A DNA stretch of 61,955 nucleotides from a virus (lineage: Duplodnaviria > Caudoviricetes), in IMG/VR virus record IMGVR_UViG_3300032288_000863, positions 1-61,955 of that record; one strand, 5' to 3'. How positions within the stretch are numbered: the first letter of the stretch is position 1; every line of letters starts with the position of its first letter. The notes beneath the pieces are model-generated. The model had not been told where the DNA came from. It saw nothing but the letters and a program-made list of their open reading frames with translations, and did no database searches. The position numbers were made by a program, and so were the translations under genes. Below, piece after piece: positions 56,479 to 61,955 of the stretch.

Positions 56479-59400
56479 TTAATCCCTGCATCTGCTTGAG
56501 CCTTGAGTGCTTCTACACTTTGTACAAACTGACCCTGTATATATTCTTTCTGCGACTTGATCTCACGTAGCATCAATTGTTTTTCTTGCTCCCGCACACC
56601 TGAATAGACCCCTGCCCCAGCATTGATCGCTTTTTCCTGCGACTGAAGTTGTTTAAGTTGTCCGTTGATCGTGCTCTTGTAGAGTTCTACCATCAAATAA
56701 TCCTGCGGATGAGCACGGATGTATTCTTCAAACTGCGGGCGATCCTTGTAAGCACTTAGCAACTCCTGTTTCTTTTCCATCTCAGTGCGGAGATCCGAGA
56801 ACTTACGTGCGTCAACACTGGACCGCTTACCTACAAAGCTGCCTACAAGCGGTAACTCAGTTTTGATGTCGAAGTTTTTCTCCCCGCCAGCAATGTCCAT
56901 AGTGCCTTTTACAAATCCAGCAAACTTGCCTACGGCGTCAAGATAGTTACCAACAAAGAAAGCAGCCGTTTGTGGGTCTATTTTTAAAGGGGTATCCCAC
57001 CCTGCGGTTTCATCCATAAGCCAAGAACTAAAGTCCCGCGCCCACTTAGGCACGTGAAGCCCAGCCGAATACGCGTCGCCGTATTTGTTAACGCGGTCGT
57101 TGTAAATCTCCCTGCCTAAACCGTCTGAGTTGATTACAAACTCTACAATAGGCTTCACCGCCGTAAATGCCACGGTATCCAAGATAAACGCCCCCGGTTT
57201 ATCAAGAGGTGAAAAACGCGGCGCAGGAATAGGCAGGAACGAGTCAAGCGTGATCGGTACAAGGTTTTCGATCATCTCCTTGCCGCTTTGGTGCCCGTTC
57301 ATCCATGCGGCCATTTGCGCTCCAAACGCAGCAAATGCTCCGCCACCAAAACCCCACGGGATTTGTAAGAATTCGTTACCTTCTCCAGCAAACTTCATGG
57401 GAACTCGCAATGCACGAGTCCACATAGACATATCATCCGCTGCTACTTTGTTCCGCCCTTGCTGATCTTTATCTGATGTACTCAGAGCCATCTGATATGC
57501 AAGCATACCCGCTCCAGCAAGCAGGCCACCCATCAAATATGCGTTACGGCTTTCCCGCGCAAAATTAGCTTTGAACTCCGCCCGTGCAGCTTCAGCCCGA
57601 GCATATCTGGGGTCAGTCGGATCAGTTACCTTGAGCAGTGGTGATCCACGCTCCATAGCGCTTTCCACTGACTCAAACGCGGGGCGCATTACGTCCATTA
57701 CCCGGACAGCGGAAGTAAGCGATGGGCGCATAAACATATACAGCGAACCAAGTTCTCGCCCGTACTTACCCACTTGCTCGTAGTTAAACAAGTTTTTGGT
57801 AAATGCAGCAGCTTCTTCTTTGACGGCTTTCTGGAACACTGGATCGTTTATGTTCAGTCCACGAGACTTGCCTTGTGAGGCAAGTTCGCTCTTGATAACC
57901 CCGTAAGTAGATGCACGACTGACAAATTCAAACGCGTCAGCCCATGTAGTGAAAAGCTGATCTACCTGTTCTTTAGTGCGTACAAAGCGGCTTTTGCCAA
58001 CTGCGTCTTTTTCAAGCGTGCCTATATCAAATGACTTCTGAAATGAGCCTCGCCCACCTTCTTCCACAAGATACTCATACGCGTTTTTAGCAAATTGCCC
58101 ACGCATATTCTTGATGGCAGCAAAATCACCCTTGTTGTACAGCCACGATATCTTCATGGCACGGGTAAACGCCCCACTTTCCAATATGTTCCACGCCACC
58201 GATCCGATAATCTTAGGCGCTATGGTAGGGCCAAACATGCCCGCGGAGTTGTAGGCGTTAGTCAGGGTGTCACGAACAAAGTTAAACGGTGCAAACCCCA
58301 AGTTATAGAAGGTGTGCATCCTGCCCATCAGGTGGGTGACACTATTTATTTTGTTCAGTGCATAGTTGATGTCGGTGTTAAATCCATTCAACCCTTCAAT
58401 CAACCGTTTATCACGGAGCGCATAAACCTCCGTGCTACCATCAGGCATGTGATGGAAAAACACGTTCTGTTTACTTAAATCTTCGCGTTGCACCCCATTA
58501 AATTTATCGGCAAACGTAACTTTCTCTATTAGTTTACCATCGAGGTCTTTGTCTCTAATCTGGTTTTTGATGGACTCGGTAATACCGTCACTTGCGGAGC
58601 GTCCAGACGCACGATGTAGGTCTTGTACGATCTGGAGCATCGGGTTGTTGATGGCGGTGCTGCGGCCCATTGCTTTGTCTTCAAGCTGCCTGAACTGCGT
58701 ACCCGCACGTGAGCTACTGTCCAGATCAAACGAAATATCTGCTGTACCGCTGTCCATACCTTTAAACGGTACGTAGTACTTGTAGCCATAGAGTTCCTTC
58801 AGGTTATCTACCGGCTGCGTCCAGTACTTACCTTCTTTCTCCATCGAAATACGCGTAGCGTTTATGGCATCGATGGCATCAAATACTTCTTGTATCTCCG
58901 GTCCATACCTACGCATTTCACGCGCAAATGTCCTGCGCCATGCAGCAAGACTGGCGTTGTCATATCCAACAACTCTGTAGTGGTTAGAATTGATATCCAG
59001 CGCATCGGTCGCTTTTGATGACACCCGGTCGCCTCTGCTTTTACCCCCCAGTTTTGCGTAACGCTGAGCAAGGGTTTCAAGCTGCTGCCGGATGCGGCGG
59101 GCTTCACCGTTAGTTACAAGATCACGGTTCTGCGTCACATAATCAAATAATGCGTCACGGTAAGCCGCAGGGCTGATAGGCTGGTTATTCAACGTCAGAA
59201 CCGGGGCGTCATCAAGCGGCACTATCTCCAGATATTTGAAGGTGCGCTTTTCCAGTTCGTTCAGCGCCATGCGAAGCACGCCAAGATGCTCCAAGGCGTC
59301 CTCAGTAGACATCTTTACTTTGTTGGCGTAATTCTCAACTTTGTCACGCAGTGTGTTTACCAACGGTGTAACACGGCTTTTTTCATTAGCCTCTTGCTTG

Positions 59401-61955
59401 CCCATAGCAAGCGTCATTCTTTCGTTGGTGTTGTTGCCGTCGATCCCGCGCCGAAGCTGATTTGCCCTCCGCAGTGCTTCTTCCTGCGTCAGGAAATACC
59501 GACGATGGTTCTGAAGATTGAACGAAAGATCGTCAAAGCCTTTACTACTAAACGCATGTTTTATGTAGCTAATCAGGCCCGGGCGAGTGTTGGCAGTGGG
59601 GGATATAAACGTGCCTTTTGTACTACCCGGAGTCTGCATAGAAGGCGTGCGTATCTGCTGTACTGTAGGAGCACGACGGCGACGTGCAACGCGGCCCGGG
59701 CGGCGGGCAGCGAGAGGTTCAACTTCCACTCCGGCTTTGGGTATGGTGAGAATGTCACCGACAGATTCAATCGTGCGGAGTAGAGCGTTGTCCATCGTAT
59801 CGGCAGCTTCAACACGCTCCATCTCCTGTGCGCGGCGCAAACCTTTTCCCGGCTCCAACGTGCGCGTAGGTGAAGGCTCTTCCGTCGCTTTTGCCCGGGC
59901 AAACTTGTCCAGACCAACCATCTTGGCAACGGCAATCGTAAAGCTATCCCATGCGGAACGAAGTTTCTGACGCGCAGTTTTGGGTGCACTAAAGTTGAAC
60001 AGGGCGCGTTGGAACCCTTCGTTTGTCATCGCATAGGTAATGAACTCGTACTCGTTTTCATACGCGTTCTTAAACTTTTCTCTCAGCTTTGATTTAGTCT
60101 CGTTGTATATATCAACGATTTCTTTTGCGCCCTGCTTTTGTATCGAGGTGAGTTCATCTGCTTTTTTAGACAGAAACTTCTTCATCACCCCGACAGTAGC
60201 CGAGTGCACCATCTCATGTAGGATGACGCGATCCGTCAGACCGGCTTCTGTGAAGTAGAACGCGTTGGTCTTGGGGTTGTACTCTGCAAGTTTGCCTTCG
60301 CGCTTCAGGCGCTCAACAACAGCTTTGTCTTGACCTTTAAGATTGGCGTTACCTTCAACAAATACTTTGGCCCCGCCAAATGCTGTCTTCTTGAAAGGTG
60401 ATTCTCTTTTTGGAGTTTCAAGAACGTAGGGCAAGTACCGGTTTTCGGGTTTCGCTGGTTCTGGTGCAGGTTTGATAAACTCAATCCGCCCCGTCTCCCG
60501 GTTGTACGTCGCACGCCCTTTTGCGACAGGTGCCATGCGCCCAACTTGGGGCTTAAAGTCTTCTCTAAGCCTGCCTGCTTCTGTCAGCCTGCCTTCGGCA
60601 TCGGTGAAATCATATTTCGTTAAGTCGATATCGGACATGATTGCCCGTTCAACTTCTTTAGCAAGTTCAGCGTGTAAAGTAGGCGCTTCACGTTTATCTA
60701 TACCGCGCTCTCTAGCGATCCGCCTAACTTCAGCGTCAATCAGCGGCCTACGATCATCTCTAACTTCCACGACGTTCAGCAGTTTGTCAGCCAGCCAACT
60801 GAGCGGGCTCTTGCCGCTGGACTCTTCTCGCAGCCGATACAGAGCTTCGCCAAGATTGCCCGAACGCAGTGACTCCGCTACGGAATCGTATCTGGCAGAT
60901 GCACCTTCTTCAGGAGTTTCAACCGGCTCAATGTCCCGTGCCCGCTTCACTTCAACGCGCGGAGCGACAGGTTCTTGTACCCGCTCAACAGAGAGCTTTG
61001 CCTGCTCAGGCGTAGGAGCAAACACATCTGGCGAAGTCGGTTGTGCGCTACGAGGGACCGGCTCACCTACGGGTATGGTAGGTGGTTTTTCTACAACAGG
61101 GACTTCAGGGGGTTTAATTGCTTCTACTACAGGAACCTCAACAGGCTCCTCTACTTTCAGTGCAGGCTTGCCCTTTCTTTTTGGAGCAGCAGCCAAAATA
61201 GCAGGCTGTCCAACATTCTCCACTCGTCCTGCGATATCGACTTCAGGGACTCCGGCGGGGGGCTGTCCCCTTTGTACAGGTGGTTCCACGCTTCCTCTAA
61301 CTGGGACAGCGACAGGTTCTCTAGGCTCGATGTCAACTCTTCCAAGCTGATTGATATTACTTTCACTGCCTGTCTCCGTAGTGACGGGTTTGAACGGCGT
61401 GACATCCGGCGGTGCAATGTATGTACGGGCACGGTTTGCATCTGGCTTAGATAGTATGTCGTTCTTGGTCAGGGCACCGAGAAGATTGCCCACTTGCAGA
61501 GGGGGTAGATCACCAATAATGGGAGTGATCGCAGCACGGAAATTTTCTGGCGTAATTGGAGTACCAGCTTCGTACATATCTTTGACAAGCGAAGCTCCAG
61601 CCTGAAATACAGGACTCTCAGGCGACGTAATTCTTTCTGCCGCAGGTTTCTTTTCGCCGCGCTTGCGTACAACAGGAGGTGGCACTTCACCGGGGGGAAC
61701 AGCGGCTACTTCAGCAGCGGCTGGGGGTACGGGAGTTAGTTCTTCTGGGGGGCGCTCAACAAGTTCCCCCAGCAGTTGCTCCCCGGTGTAAGGAGTAGTT
61801 GTAGGCTCCGCTGCTTCTTCCGCAGGTTTGGCGATTTCTTCTGGCTTAACAAGATTTTCACGGTTGAGAAATAGTTTAACGGTCTTACCACCGCCCGTGC
61901 TTCCTACAAGATCCCCGCGCTCGTACAGGCCACGCCTAATATCACTGGCTTCAGA
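56475..61955 (-). CDS. C-terminal 1826 aa of giant (~2188 aa) polyvalent virion protein with zincin HExxH and LPD38-like C-terminus
   Basis: Frame open from 61955 in phase with track ORF 56475-61685; ILHEMVH, EF..YAMTN..FQ, YVPF, LQIPWGFG. Confidence 0.8.
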   Translation of the reverse strand, partial: SEASDIRRGLYERGDLVGSTGGGKTVKLFLNRENLVKPEEIAKPAEEAAEPTTTPYTGEQLLGELVERPPEELTPVPPAAAEVAAVPPGEVPPPVVRKRGEKKPAAERITSPESPVFQAGASLVKDMYEAGTPITPENFRAAITPIIGDLPPLQVGNLLGALTKNDILSKPDANRARTYIAPPDVTPFKPVTTETGSESNINQLGRVDIEPREPVAVPVRGSVEPPVQRGQPPAGVPEVDIAGRVENVGQPAILAAAPKRKGKPALKVEEPVEVPVVEAIKPPEVPVVEKPPTIPVGEPVPRSAQPTSPDVFAPTPEQAKLSVERVQEPVAPRVEVKRARDIEPVETPEEGASARYDSVAESLRSGNLGEALYRLREESSGKSPLSWLADKLLNVVEVRDDRRPLIDAEVRRIARERGIDKREAPTLHAELAKEVERAIMSDIDLTKYDFTDAEGRLTEAGRLREDFKPQVGRMAPVAKGRATYNRETGRIEFIKPAPEPAKPENRYLPYVLETPKRESPFKKTAFGGAKVFVEGNANLKGQDKAVVERLKREGKLAEYNPKTNAFYFTEAGLTDRVILHEMVHSATVGVMKKFLSKKADELTSIQKQGAKEIVDIYNETKSKLREKFKNAYENEYEFITYAMTNEGFQRALFNFSAPKTARQKLRSAWDSFTIAVAKMVGLDKFARAKATEEPSPTRTLEPGKGLRRAQEMERVEAADTMDNALLRTIESVGDILTIPKAGVEVEPLAARRPGRVARRRRAPTVQQIRTPSMQTPGSTKGTFISPTANTRPGLISYIKHAFSSKGFDDLSFNLQNHRRYFLTQEEALRRANQLRRGIDGNNTNERMTLAMGKQEANEKSRVTPLVNTLRDKVENYANKVKMSTEDALEHLGVLRMALNELEKRTFKYLEIVPLDDAPVLTLNNQPISPAAYRDALFDYVTQNRDLVTNGEARRIRQQLETLAQRYAKLGGKSRGDRVSSKATDALDINSNHYRVVGYDNASLAAWRRTFAREMRRYGPEIQEVFDAIDAINATRISMEKEGKYWTQPVDNLKELYGYKYYVPFKGMDSGTADISFDLDSSSRAGTQFRQLEDKAMGRSTAINNPMLQIVQDLHRASGRSASDGITESIKNQIRDKDLDGKLIEKVTFADKFNGVQREDLSKQNVFFHHMPDGSTEVYALRDKRLIEGLNGFNTDINYALNKINSVTHLMGRMHTFYNLGFAPFNFVRDTLTNAYNSAGMFGPTIAPKIIGSVAWNILESGAFTRAMKISWLYNKGDFAAIKNMRGQFAKNAYEYLVEEGGRGSFQKSFDIGTLEKDAVGKSRFVRTKEQVDQLFTTWADAFEFVSRASTYGVIKSELASQGKSRGLNINDPVFQKAVKEEAAAFTKNLFNYEQVGKYGRELGSLYMFMRPSLTSAVRVMDVMRPAFESVESAMERGSPLLKVTDPTDPRYARAEAARAEFKANFARESRNAYLMGGLLAGAGMLAYQMALSTSDKDQQGRNKVAADDMSMWTRALRVPMKFAGEGNEFLQIPWGFGGGAFAAFGAQMAAWMNGHQSGKEMIENLVPITLDSFLPIPAPRFSPLDKPGAFILDTVAFTAVKPIVEFVINSDGLGREIYNDRVNKYGDAYSAGLHVPKWARDFSSWLMDETAGWDTPLKIDPQTAAFFVGNYLDAVGKFAGFVKGTMDIAGGEKNFDIKTELPLVGSFVGKRSSVDARKFSDLRTEMEKKQELLSAYKDRPQFEEYIRAHPQDYLMVELYKSTINGQLKQLQSQEKAINAGAGVYSGVREQEKQLMLREIKSQKEYIQGQFVQSVEALKAQADAGIN
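61947..61955. repeat. 9-nt terminal overlap with 1-9
   Basis: GGCTTCAGA. Confidence 0.85.

Noticed and set aside
1-61955. tRNA, rRNA, integrase, phage RNA polymerase, alternative genetic code
   Set aside because: None recognisable by eye, and genes are intact under the standard code; tRNAscan and HMM searches would be needed for a firm exclusion.

Overview
The window looks like one complete, circularly permuted tailed-phage genome of about 61,946 bp. The first and last 9 nt are identical (GGCTTCAGA), and joining them restores one continuous ~2,188-aa reading frame. There are two arms. The minus-strand late arm (37594 down to 1, continuing 61955 down to 56475) carries small and large terminase, portal, GroES-like co-chaperonin, scaffold, Mu gpT-like major capsid, a cluster of small basic proteins, adaptor/tail genes, fibres with an adjacent glycosyltransferase and methyltransferase, a lysis cassette, ejection-type proteins and a giant polyvalent protein. 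The plus-strand early/replication arm (37882-56478) carries DUF3150-like, AAA+ ATPase, vWA-metallopeptidase, VRR-NUC, family A DNA polymerase, Cas4-like nuclease, SNF2 helicase, SSB and primase-helicase genes. I found no tail tube, sheath or tape measure, so the virion is probably short-tailed. I saw no integrase, tRNA, CRISPR array or reverse transcriptase. Main highlights: (1) a 305-aa intein in the large terminase whose endonuclease VII-type HNH gene is overprinted in another reading frame with its own RBS; (2) six copies of a 17-bp palindrome CCTATCRY-S-RCGATAGG in early leaders and intergenic spaces; (3) a lysine-free, sequon-dense 1362-aa fibre followed by glycosyltransferase and methyltransferase genes; (4) an A-x-G-G peptide motif shared by many virion-arm proteins; (5) a structured RNA downstream of the capsid gene. 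All functional calls come from recognising motifs by eye, not from database searches.
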